The notes under the pieces: generated by a model
Told to the model about the DNA's origin: nothing
Database searches by the model: none
What the model saw: the letters and a program-made list of their open reading frames with translations, nothing else
Shown here: one piece after another, positions 12,571-23,201 of the stretch
Layout of the letters: every line of letters starts with the position of its first letter
How positions within the stretch are numbered: the stretch's first letter is position 1
Position numbers and translations under genes: made by a program
NCBI GenBank assembly: GCA_024679065.1
Contig: JAGIQG010000022.1
Coordinates: 22,816,001-22,880,000 of the forward strand
Direction of reading: 5' to 3'
DNA length: 64,000 nucleotides
Source: Sphyrna mokarran
Taxonomy: Eukaryota

Positions 12571-13791
12571 TTGAATGAGGTGTAACTAGGTTCTTAATGG
12601 TGTACCAAGTTGCAATTACTGTTGGAAAAACTCCCCTGACCCTAAAATGCCCATTTTATATTTATGGGAGGACAAATGTCTCCATGAGTTTATAATTGTT
12701 AAAAAATTTGTTGATGATATTTCAGTATCTACCCTCAATTTGGCAAAGGTTCCAATCTTTATTTTGCCTTCTGCACTATATAATTAAAATGTGAAGGATA
12801 ATAGTTGTAATTTCCTTCCTGGGTTGCTGTAGGTGAGAATTTTTTAATACTTAGTTTCCTTAATCACATCGCTAGATTTTTAGAGATTCACTTTAGTTGC
12901 TGGCAGAGTTAAAGTAAGTGAAATACACTGCACGCAGAGATGATTAGATTTTTGTGGGCAGCTTTCTTCGAGGTCAGTGGAGAACAAAGTCACTTTGCCA
13001 CTGATTGCAAGAATTTCGGCCAAGAGGGAAATAATAGAAATGTAATTGCGCTTTGTCTGACCTTATGTATGCTGAGAAATGTCTCTGACCTAATCAAGGG
13101 GAGTTGGGAAAGGGGTCTCCCCCACATCTTTCTGCCTGATTGCTTCTGAGGGAGCATTAAATTCTGTCCTAAGGCACTATTCCAAATATAGGTAAGTCTA
13201 TTTTCTGTCCACTCATAACATAACTTGATGAAGTAAATCTCTGAAGAATCATTTGTGCTCCTGCAATTCATTTCATTTTGTTGGGGATATATTGCTTTGA
13301 AAGCAGAGATCTGTAAAACAACTAAAACATATCAAATAATAACTGAATAGGCATTTCAAATTTGTACCAAATAGCAATGAGTTCAAGGGCAATATATGTT
13401 ATACAATCTTGTTCATTTGTAGGTTGTGGATCAATTGATATTGAATCTAAGCACAAAAATCCATGGTGGGATTTAATAGCAGAAAGATGGTTGCAGCACC
13501 TCTCCGGCCATTCTTGGTGACCTCTGACTTGATTTGATGCCACCTGGACTCTTACATGGTTGGCAATGGGAGCCTCGTCACCCTCATGGTTGGCGTCCCA
13601 CCTCTGAGAGCTGCCAACAAATCAGATGTCAGCAGTTCTCCAATACAAACAGTTGGATTCTCTCAGTTTTGCTGTAAGGCCCAGGCTGCTGATCACCAAT
13701 TTATGAAACAAGGTGAGATGAAGGATCAGATCATAGAATACCGATAAATGAAAAAGTGCCACATGATTTAAAGGAATTACAAGGAAGGGTT

Positions 13792-14085
13792 AGAACCTAC
13801 AGTGCAGAAGAAGGCCATTTGACCTATCAAGCTTGCACTGACAACAATCCCATCCAAGTCATATCCCCGTAACCCCACATATTTACCCTTCTCATCAGCC
13901 TGACACTAATTTATCATGGCTAATCAACCTAACAAATCTTTGGACTGAGAGGAAACCGGAGCACCCAAAGGAAACCCACGCAGACATGGAGAGAATGTGC
14001 AAGTTCCACACAGACAGTCTTCGGAATTGAACTTGAACCTCTGGCACAGTGAGGTGGCAGTGCCACCACTGTGCCACTGTGCTGC
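13792..14085 (-). mobile_element. HE1-type V-SINE
   Basis: Reverse-complement head, core and tail. Confidence 0.85.
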
Positions 14086-14129
14086 TCAGAAACATGATTA
14101 AAATAAATTTGTTAAAGATACAGTAGTGT

Positions 14130-14325
14130 CACAGCTTAGCCTTCGCTGCTCTAAGGAAAACAAATCCAACTTAACCAACCTTCTTCATAGCTGAAACATT
14201 CCAGCCCAGGCAACAGATTGATGAATCTCCTCTGCACCCTTTCTAGTGCAATCACATCCTTCCTATGGTGTGTTGACTAATACTGAACAGGGTACGCTGG
14301 CTGTGACCTAACGAGCATTTGCAAA
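14130..14325 (-). mobile_element. Old CR1 ORF2 fragment
   Basis: Minus-strand LVRSQ...YRKDVIALERVQRRF..L.G trace. Confidence 0.7.
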
Positions 14326-14600
14326 GTCCGGCACAAGAGATTGTCATGCAAGATTAAAACACATGGGTCTGGAGGAAGGGTATTGAGATGGACAGAAAAC
14401 TGGTTGGCAGAGACAAAGAGTAGGAATTAATGATTTCTTTTCAAATTGGTAGGCAGTAACTAGTGGAGTGCCACAGAGATCGATACTGGGACCTCAACTA
14501 TTCACAATACACATTGATGATTTGGATGAGGATACAAAATGTAACATATTAAAGTTTGCAGGTGATACCAAGTTGGATGGGAGGGTGAACAATGATGAGG

Positions 14601-15832
14601 TAGGTCGTGCCTCACAAACCTTATTGAGTTTTTTGAGGAGGTGACCAAAGAGGTAGATAAGGGTAAGGCAGTTGATGTTGTGTATATGGATTTTAGCAAA
14701 GCGTTTGATAAGGTTCCCCATGGTAGGCTACTGCAGAAAGCGCAGATGCATGGGATTGAAGGTGATTTAGCAGTTTGGATTAGGAATTGGTTAGCTGATA
14801 GAAGACAGAAGGTGGTGGTTGGTGGGAAATATTCAACCTGGAGTGCAGTTACAAGTGGTGTACCTCAAGGATCTGTTTTAGGGCCACTGCTGTTGGTCAT
14901 TTTTATAAATGACCTAGATGAGGGTGTAGAGGGTTGGATTAGTAAATTTGCTGATGATACCAAAGTGGGGGGAGTTGTAGACAGCGAGGATGGATGTTAC
15001 AGTTTGCAGAGGGACATAGGTTGCAGAGCTGGGCCATGAGGTGGCAAATGGAATTCAATACGGATAAGTGTGAGGTGATTCACTTTGGTAGGAATAACAG
15101 GCATATGAAATATAGGGCTAATGGAAGGACCCTTAATAGTGTTGTCGAGCAGAGGGATCTTGGGGTACAAGTACATAGCTCTTTGAAAGTTGGCACTCAG
15201 GTTGATAAAGTTGTTAAGAAGGCGTACGGTGTGTTAGCTTTTATTGGTAGAGGGATTGAATTTAGGAGCAGTGAGGTTATGTTACAACTGTACAAAACTC
15301 TGGTGCGGCCGCACTTGGAGTATTGCGTACAGTTCTGGTCGCCGCATTATAAGAAAGATGTGGAAGCATTGGAAAGGGTGCAGAGGAGGTTTACCAGGAT
15401 GTTGCCTGGTATGGTGGGAAGGCCTTATGAGGAAAGGCTGAGGGACCTGAGGTTATTTTCATTAGAGAGAAGAAGGTTACGCGGTGACCTAATTGAGGCG
15501 TATAAGATGATCAAGGGATTGGATAGGGTGGATAGTGAGAGCCTTTTTCCTCGGATGGTGATGACCAACACGAGGGGACATAACTTTAAATTAAGAGGTG
15601 GTAGTTATAGGACGGATGTCAGAGGCAGGTTCTTTACACAGAGGGTGGTGAGGGCGTGGAATGCCCTGCCTGCAGCAGTTGTGGACTCGCCTACTTTGGG
15701 GACATTCAAATGTTTGGTGGATAGGCATATGGATGATATTGGAGTAGTTTAGGTTAGAGGGTCCACTGGCTGGCGCAACATCGAGGGCCGAAGGGCCTGT
15801 ACTGCGCTGTAATGTTCTATGTTCTATGTTCT
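14601..15832 (+). mobile_element. Young 5'-truncated CR1 LINE (HER1-like) with (TATGTTC)n tail
   Basis: RT motifs [24 protein letters not shown]; 3' end GGGCCGAAGGGCCTG...AATGTTCTATGTTCTATGTTCT; only AGG is shared at the junctions. Confidence 0.95.
14641..15752 (+). pseudogene. CR1 ORF2 reverse transcriptase (partial), one frameshift near 15015
   Basis: ORFs 14641-15039 and 14994-15752 join if 4 nt (ATAG) are restored in GACATAG^GTTG, giving DIDRLQSW. Confidence 0.9.
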
Positions 15833-16254
15833 AGGATGCAGAGATGCTTCAGAATGTCCTGACAGGTTGGGTGAGTGGGCTAATCAATAGTGGATGCAGT
15901 ATAATTTGGATAAATGTGAGGTTATTTACTTTGGAAGCAAAAACAAGAAGACAGATTACTACCTGAATAGTTATGAATTGTGAGAGGGAAGTGTGTAGCA
16001 GGACTTGGGTATCCTTGTGCATCATTCACTGAAAGTAAGCATGGAAGTGCAGCAGGTGGTAAAGAAGGTAACTGGCCTTCATTATGAGAGATTTTGAATA
16101 CAGTAGCAAGGATGTGTTGCAATTATACGGGGCCTTAGTGGGGTCACACCTAGAGTATTGTGTGCAGTTTTGATCTTCTTTTCTGAGGAAGGATGTTCTT
16201 GCTTTCAAGGGAGTGCAGCAAAGGTCTACCAGGCAGGGATGGCGGGACTGATGT

Positions 16255-16578
16255 GTGACACATGACAGCGCAGAGTCACTGAGCAGAGACTGATAGCCAA
16301 ATTTCGCACACATAAGGACTGCCTCAACCGGGATCTTGGGTTCATGTCACAGTATCTGTAAACCCCATGACTTGCCTGGGCTTGCAAAATCTCACTAACT
16401 GTCCTAGCTGGAGACAATACATAGAACATAGAACATAGAACACTACAGCACAAACAGGCCCTTCGGCCCACAAGTTGTGCCGAACACATCAAAACCTACC
16501 CAGCCATAGACCTATCTATAACCCCCAATCCCATTGGATCCCATATACTCATCCAGAGTACACATCTCTTCAACCTGT
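16255..16578 (+). mobile_element. Penelope-like element ORF C-terminus and 3' region
   Basis: Translates QRRVTEQRLIAKFRTHKDCLNRDLGFMSQYL*, a typical PLE C-terminus; split by the 16422-16558 insert. Confidence 0.75.
16422..16558 (-). mobile_element. Short young CR1 3' tail insertion
   Basis: (CATAGAA)n followed by CAGGCCCTTCGGCCC; TACA duplicated at 16418-16421 and 16559-16562. Confidence 0.85.
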
Positions 16579-16618
16579 ACTACCAGGAGGTTAGCCTTTA
16601 ACCTCCTGGTGGTACAGG
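16574..16618. repeat. 20-bp inverted repeat with 5-nt loop
   Basis: CCTGTACTACCAGGAGGTTA gcctt TAACCTCCTGGTGGTACAGG; one T/G mismatch. Confidence 0.95.
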
Positions 16619-17379
16619 GGTCACTCCTGAGTTTTTTGCTCTGGGGGGGGGGGGGCGGGGTGGATTAGTGTCAGACACCAAAAAATTCAGCCCTTTACTC
16701 CTCAGTAAGGTTGGACCATCATTAAGCAGTAGAATTTGACATCTGATTACAGCATGTCCAACACAAAACATGATTTAATACGTACTGTAAAAGTATTTCC
16801 ATTTAATGTCCTCAGAGGCCACAAACAAGGGGTCACTCTAAGGTTTCTCGATACTGAGTCGAGATGACAGGTGTCAGAATGACTAAACTGCGTTGGAGGA
16901 AAACAATTCAAGTCAGAATATTGTCAGCCCACGGGGCACTGAGATTAGGAAATGCAGAAGAGGTGCACAGTATTCGATGCTTCGGCAGGGAGAATTGCTA
17001 AGAGCAATTTCAACAAATCAAAATGATAAATTAAGTGCATTACTAAAACATGAGTATTGCACTCGGAGTTAATTGCAAGAAAGACAGAACAAAATATATC
17101 AGTGAAGTGAAGAAGCTTGAAGTGAAGAATGTACATGCAATCGCGACTGAGACAAGAGTTATCTGCAGATGTAGAAGGGGCACGGAAGGTCATCGAACGC
17201 ATTAGAAACTAATCAGAGTTCTAACTTAGAAATCTAATTATGCTGGAATCTCCTTCCAAATGCAGAAGGAAGTGAGGATTAAAAAGAAACAAACCACTGA
17301 TGGCCAAAAAGGGAAAGAAATTGAATAATTTTTCAAAGTCAAAACCTTACTTAAGTGAGGATTTGAGAAATATAGATCA

Positions 17380-18119
17380 GAGAATCCTACAGTATGGAAG
17401 GATGCCATTCAGCCCATCAAATCTCCACTGACCACAATCCCACCCAAACCCTATCCCCATAACACCATGTATTTACCCTAAGTAAGCTCTCTGACATTAA
17501 AGGGCAATTTAACATGGCCAATCCCCTTAACCTGCACATCTTTGGACTGGGCCAAAGAATATACAGCAACAATATTTATCTAATGCAACAATTTTAAATA
17601 TTATGGCTTTGAAATTTCAATTTCTGTATCAGTGTGCATTCTTGGTGCATTGCAAAATATTTCAGTTTATTCCAGGATGAGTTTTTGCTATAACCTCAAT
17701 AACTTCTTCCACCTGGAATGCAAAAACAGAAAAGGCAATGGAGGCATTGTTAAGGCTTTCACATGATACAGGGAAATAAAACAGGAGTCAGCTGCTAACA
17801 CAACAGAAGGTTTAACATTTGGACTGGCCAATAAAAAAAATCATAAAGCACCCCAGGATTTTTTATTTTTAAAAAGAATTGTAAGAAGTCTCACAATGCC
17901 AAGTTAAAGTCCAACAGGTTTATTTGGTAACACAAGCTTTCAGAGTGCTGCTCCCTCATCAGGTGGGCTGTGGGAGGAAACCAGAGGATCCGGAGGAAAC
18001 CCATGCAGACATGGGTAGAATGTGCAAATTCCACACACATAGTGAGCTAAGGACGGAATAAACTTGCGTCCCTAGCGATGTGAGGCAGCAGTGTTAACCA
18101 CTGTGCCAATGTGTCGCCC
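17380..18119 (-). mobile_element. HE1-type V-SINE split into 17380-17548 and 17966-18119
   Basis: The halves join at CATCTTTGGACTG|TGGGAGGAAACC. Confidence 0.75.
17931..17965 (-). ncRNA. Minimal type I hammerhead ribozyme motif in a PLE family A repeat arm (17881-17965)
   Basis: Minus strand CAC CUGAUGA g GGAG cagca CUCU GAA AGCU U GUG: stem I CAC/GUG, both core boxes, palindromic AGCU. Confidence 0.7.
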
Positions 18120-19173
18120 AAGAGCCCTGATATCTGGTAGCTCTTTAGAAATGGCATGCACCCGAGCCCCATTTTGCCCTTGAATTCCTGCTTAAGGGAT
18201 TGATACTAACATTTAAGCGATAACGTATCATCTTGGGGCACCTAAGTTGCATTCCTTGGTTTGCATTACTTCTAGCACCATCCACCCTCCTCGAGGCCAA
18301 GACATCTCATCTGATTCAGCATTCTGGCCTCCATTTTGACCAAAGAAGTGCAAATGAACAGGTTTGAGATTCCCAGCCCCACTTGACTTGCCCTCTCTGA
18401 CATGCCTGGTCCTGTAAGGAATGGATAGACATTTCACCCCTGACAATGCCAGCTGGAAATTGTCAACAAGGGTTGGAAACTGGCATGCCACGATCTCTTT
18501 GCAGATGGCTCCACTGGGACTTCCATAGAACCCCATAGAGTCCGTACGGTGCAGAAAGAGACCATTTGGTCCATTGAGTGAAATTGTGGGAAGAACCCAA
18601 GGAAACTGTCAAGGAAATTTGGCTCCATTGTATGTATTTTGGAAATCCAAAATCCAAATGCTCTCAGTGATCTTTTATGAGGAAGGAATTGCTGCATTCT
18701 CAGTTGAGCATTATTTTGAATACATTCCTTTTTTGTGCAAGCTTTGCGTGAATTGCAAAACAGCAGAAATAATTCTTTTTGTATGATTCCATATCCTTCT
18801 ACTGAAATCTCTCAGTGCCAGGGATCAGGGTTCAATTCCCGGTTGGGTCACTGTCTATGTGGAGTTTTCACATTCTCCCTGTGGCTGTGTGGGTTTCATC
18901 CAGGTGCTGCAGTTTCCTCCCATTGTCCAAAGATGTGTGGGATAGATAGATAGATCAGCCATGCTAGATTGTTCCTTAGTGTCAGGGGGACTAGCTAGGA
19001 TAAACGCATGGGGTTGTTAGGGTGGGCATGGGTGGGATTCATAGCAGTGCATAGAAACCTTACGGTATAGAAAGAGGCCACTTCATCTGCACTAACTACA
19101 ATCCCACAAGGCCTTACGCCATATCCTTACATATTTACTGACTAATTCTTCTAATCTACATATCTACATATCT

Positions 19174-21038
19174 GACGCAAATCTTTGTCTCTTCCTTGGA
19201 CACAGGTGAGGTCCCAGAGGACTGGAGGATAGCAAACGTAGTACCGTTGTTTAAAAAAGGTCAGAGGGATCACCCAGGGAACTATAGGCCGGTGAGCTTG
19301 ACTTCAGTTATAGGTAAGCTAATGGAGAGGATCCTTAGGGACAGGATGTATGAGCATCTGGAGCGCTGCAATCTGATCAGGGATACGCAGCATGGCTTCG
19401 TCAAGGGGAAGTCTTGTCTTACGAATCTGGTGGAATTTTTTGAAGAAGTGACAAAAACAGTTGATGAAGGACAGGCTGTTGATGTCGTCTACATGGATTT
19501 CAGTAAGGCGTTTGACAAGGTTCCTCATGGTAGACTGATAGAGAAGGTGAAGGCGCATGGGATACAGGGTCGGGTATGTAGATGGGTCGAAAACTGGCTC
19601 GGGAGGAGGAGACAGAGGGTAGTAGTGGAAGGCTCTTTTTCCGGCTGGAAGCCTGTCACTAGTGGAGTGCCACAAGGCTCAGTACTAGGTCCTCTTCTAT
19701 TTGTGGTCTACATAAACGACTTGGAAGTAGGGGTAGGTGGTGAGATCAGCAAATTTGCTGATGACACCAAGATGCTTGGATTGGCGGGTACAGAAGAGCA
19801 GTGTCAGGCAATACAACAGGACATAGACAGGTTGGTAGATTGGGCAGATAGATGGCAAATGGAATTTAATCCGGAAAAATGCGAGGTGATGCATTTTGGC
19901 CGGAAAAATGTAGAAGAGAATTATAGGATAAAAGGTAAAACTATAAGGAGCATAGAGACGCAGAGAGACTTGGGGGTGCAGGTTCACAAGTCTCTGAAGG
20001 TGTCCTCACAGGTGGAGAAGGTGACAAAGAAGGCGTATAGTATGTTAGCTTTCATAGAAAAGGGTATAGAATATAAGAGTAGGAGTTTGATGTTGCAGTT
20101 GTATACAACTTTGGTTAGGCCTCACTTGGAATACTGCGCCCAGTTCTGGTCTCCGTACTATCGGAAGGATGTGGAGTCCTTGGAGAGAGTGCAGAGGAGG
20201 TTTACCAGGATGCTGCCTGGTATGGAAGGACTGTCTTATGAGGAACGATTAAATAGACTGGGGTTGTTTTCCCTTGAAAGACGTCGGCTTAGAGGGGATC
20301 TCATAGAGGTGTATAAGATTATAAGGGGTATAGATAGAGTAAATGGAGGTAAACTTTTTCCACCTTTAGAAATGGATAGGACGAGAGGTCATGGCCATAG
20401 GGTGAGGGGGGCTATGTATAGGACGAATATTAGAGGGCAGTTTTTCACACAAAGGGTAGTGGGGGTGTGGAATGCACTGCCGAGTAAGGTGGTGGGAGCA
20501 GGCACGCTGGGGCTGTTTAAGGGTCTCTTGGACAGCCACATGAGCGGTATGCAGATAGAGGGATATATTAGGACTGTTTAACTACGGCTTTTTTCCACAG
20601 GTAATTCGGTCCATAATTTGAGCACGCATTCGGCAGGTGGTGCGGGTACAGCTCTTGGATGTTGATTCATGGGTTGCCTGGTACCTCATGTCGTATATGA
20701 GTGCTTTATGTGGACCACCTGAAGGGCACCATGACAGCTCAGAGACTATCGATGTGGCTGTGCAGACACTTGGAATTGGGCCGGTGTCTGCGGGAGTTTG
20801 CGCGTTCTCCCCGTGGTTGCGTGGGTTTTCTCCGGGCACTCCGGTTTCCTCCCACAACCCAAAAATTCGCTCTTAGGCTGATTGGGTAACAAATTGTCCC
20901 TATGGTGAAAATTTTCCAAATTAGGATTAATATATATTATTATATAGGACTATTAAAATAGGATAATGATTTGGTATTACGGTGGCGCGGGCTCGTTGGG
21001 CCGAAGGGCCTGTTTCCCGTGCTGTGCTGTGTTGCTTA
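19174..21038 (+). mobile_element. Young 5'-truncated CR1 LINE with ~455-nt 3' UTR; 8-bp TSD
   Basis: TSD ACATATCT at 19166-19173 and 21039-21046; open ORF2 segment; 3' end GGGCCGAAGGGCCTGTTTCCCGTGCTGTGCTGTG. Confidence 0.95.
19196..20581 (+). CDS. CR1 ORF2 reverse transcriptase domain (5'-truncated, no endonuclease, no true start)
   Basis: 461 uninterrupted codons with [44 protein letters not shown] and FFTQRV..WN.LP. Confidence 0.92.
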   Translation: MDTGEVPEDWRIANVVPLFKKGQRDHPGNYRPVSLTSVIGKLMERILRDRMYEHLERCNLIRDTQHGFVKGKSCLTNLVEFFEEVTKTVDEGQAVDVVYMDFSKAFDKVPHGRLIEKVKAHGIQGRVCRWVENWLGRRRQRVVVEGSFSGWKPVTSGVPQGSVLGPLLFVVYINDLEVGVGGEISKFADDTKMLGLAGTEEQCQAIQQDIDRLVDWADRWQMEFNPEKCEVMHFGRKNVEENYRIKGKTIRSIETQRDLGVQVHKSLKVSSQVEKVTKKAYSMLAFIEKGIEYKSRSLMLQLYTTLVRPHLEYCAQFWSPYYRKDVESLERVQRRFTRMLPGMEGLSYEERLNRLGLFSLERRRLRGDLIEVYKIIRGIDRVNGGKLFPPLEMDRTRGHGHRVRGAMYRTNIRGQFFTQRVVGVWNALPSKVVGAGTLGLFKGLLDSHMSGMQIEGYIRTV

Positions 21039-22010
21039 ACATATCTCAGTATACTAAGGGACATTTTAACATGGCCAATCAACCTAACCTGCACATCTTT
21101 GGACTGTGGGAGGAAACAGGAGCACCCGGAGGTACGTATACAAACACAAGACGAATGTGCAAACTCCACACAGACAGTGACCCAAGCCGCGAATCAAACC
21201 CAGGTCCCTAGAGCTGTGAAGCAGCAGTGCTAACCATTGTGCTATCGTAGTGGGATTGTGGTTGGTGCAGACTCAATGGGCCAAATGGACTTCTTGTGCA
21301 CTGCAGGATTCTATGAATCAAACATTAGCTGAGAATTACATAACATAGACTATTCATCAAGTTTTAGTAGAGTTTGTGCTAATCTTGGGAAAAATTTTTC
21401 TTGTTATTCTTACTTACAATTTGAGGTGCAATGCAACTCAACTAGAAAAGAATGCAGTAAATGAGGAAGATAATTGCAGCGTAACAAAATCTGTTCATCA
21501 GATTAAAATATGGCTAATATTTTACGTTCCATAATGCAAAGTACATCAAAATATTTTTAATTTTAATTTTGTGTTTGATTCCAGTTAGTGTGTAGGTTGA
21601 ATATTTACAGATCAACTATTGTAAGTCGTAAAGAGTCTCCTAGAGTGTTGTGGAGTGGGAGCCCCCACTGTATGGTACTTCAATGTCCTGATCTTGGTAA
21701 CTGGCACTTTGTTAGATTTCACAGTTTTCCACCGGGGAATTTCCACACTGAATGCAGTTGATGATCACATTAATTTTGAAAGCTCAATGAATTTTTCTAT
21801 GATTTCTGAGAATTCATTCAAGAGGTTAAGGTTTGTGGCCAGTTGTTTCAGTCCATAATTGTTCTTGGGGCGAGCAGGGGGATATGAGGAGTTAGCAGCT
21901 TCAGCATATATACAACTGGCTGTGAATTCTTTGAACACTGTCACTTCAGGTATTGAATTGTCCATTGAAAATGTTACAGAAGCATGTCAACCCATGGGCC
22001 TCTTTGTCAT

Positions 22011-22337
22011 TAGAATAGAATAGAATAGAATAGGATCCCAACATTGCAGAAGGAGGCCATTCGGCCCATTGAGCCTGCACTGGCATCAATTCTACCCAGA
22101 TCCTATCCCTGAAATCCCATGACATACTCTGCTAATCCCCTTTACTCTATGGGGCAATTTAGCATAGCCAATCCACTTAATCAGCACATCTTTGGGGTGT
22201 CGGAGGCAACCCGAGCATCCGAGGGTAGCCCTTGCAGACATGGGGAGAACGTGCGAACTCCACATAGACAGTGAACTAAGGCCAGAATCCAACCTGAGTC
22301 CCTGGAGCTATGAGGCAGTGCGAACCACTGTGCCACC
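22011..22337 (-). mobile_element. HE1-type V-SINE with (TAGAA)n end
   Basis: Reverse-complement head, core and tail. Confidence 0.88.
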
Positions 22338-22410
22338 TGGAGACTGTGCCAACCGAGTGGTGTTATCAACTGGAAGAAACAAGTAATTTTTTTGTAGTAA
22401 AGCAAAATAC

Positions 22411-22620
22411 CTAATGTTGAACTTTCTCAAGGAGGATAATGATTGTTGCAGTACTTAGGTCCCAAGTGGCTATGCCGTACTCACGTTGTGGTCTGATTAT
22501 TGATTGGAACAGTATTTTCTTTATGCTTGGTGAAGAATGATCGAAATTTCTTTTCATGAACCCAAGCACCCAACCCAAATTTGGAAGCTGCTTGTGGACT
22601 CCACATTCCACTGTGATGTA
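22411..22620 (-). mobile_element. Ancient CR1-group LINE ORF2 fragment (divergent lineage)
   Basis: LGFMKRNF...IKKILFQSIIRPQREYG..TWD....I.LLEKVQ. Confidence 0.65.
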
Positions 22621-22646
22621 CACTGCCTGTGAGGCCAGCGCACATG

Positions 22647-23201
22647 GGGCAGAACTAATCCATGTGAAATTCTAGACTTCTTAATCTGCAAGCTACATGT
22701 GAGTATTGAAATGGAAATGAAACATGAACTCTCACAGACTTGTGGTGGTCAACTGTATCACGTATTCTACTGCTACCTCACAGCACCAGGAGCCAGCGTT
22801 CAATTTCTATCTTATGTGACTCTCTGTGTGCAATTTACATGCTCCCCTTGTATCCGCATAGGTTTCCTCCAGGTACTCCGGTTTCCCCTCTCAGTGCAAA
22901 AATGTGCAAGTTAAGTGGATTGGCCATGCTAAATTGCCCCTTAGTGTCAGGGGAGTTAACAGGATAAACATGTGGGGTTATTGGGATAGGACCTAGGAAG
23001 GAATATTGTCAGTGCAGGAATAGGACTGAGTTAACCAAGGCAATGCAATTGCGGTAATGGGATAATTGGAAGGAATTAAGCAGGGCAGAACTAATCCTGA
23101 TGAAACCTATGAAATTTGAGACCTTTTTACTCTGCAAGCTACATGTGAGCATTGAAATGAAAATAAAACATGGACTCTCACAAACTTGTGGCAGTCATCT
23201 G
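22647..23201. repeat. Diverged ~110-bp direct repeat (22647-22755 and 23083-23201) flanking a plus-strand HE1 (~22760-23020)
   Basis: GGGCAGAACTAATCC...TCTGCAAGCTACATGTGAG.ATTGAAATG.AAAT.AAACATG.ACTCTCACA.ACTTGTGG occurs twice. Confidence 0.85.

Larger units (their letters stand above)
14332..16250 (+). mobile_element. Old CR1 RT fragment (14332-14600 and 15833-16250) split by a younger CR1
   Basis: Degenerate TSGVPQ..ILGP.LF..IDDL..KFAGDTK; continues after the insert as GGATGCAGAGATGCTTCAG...DKCEVI. Confidence 0.85.
19040..21249 (-). mobile_element. HE1-type V-SINE (19040-19173 plus 21039-21249), middle layer of the nest
   Basis: Tail part lies left of the CR1 and core/head right of it; split at ACATATCT. 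Confidence 0.85.
18810..21316 (+). mobile_element. HE1-type V-SINE (18810-19039 plus 21250-21316), outer layer of a nest
   Basis: Interrupted at GTGGGATT, which is duplicated at 19032-19039 and 21250-21257. Confidence 0.8.
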
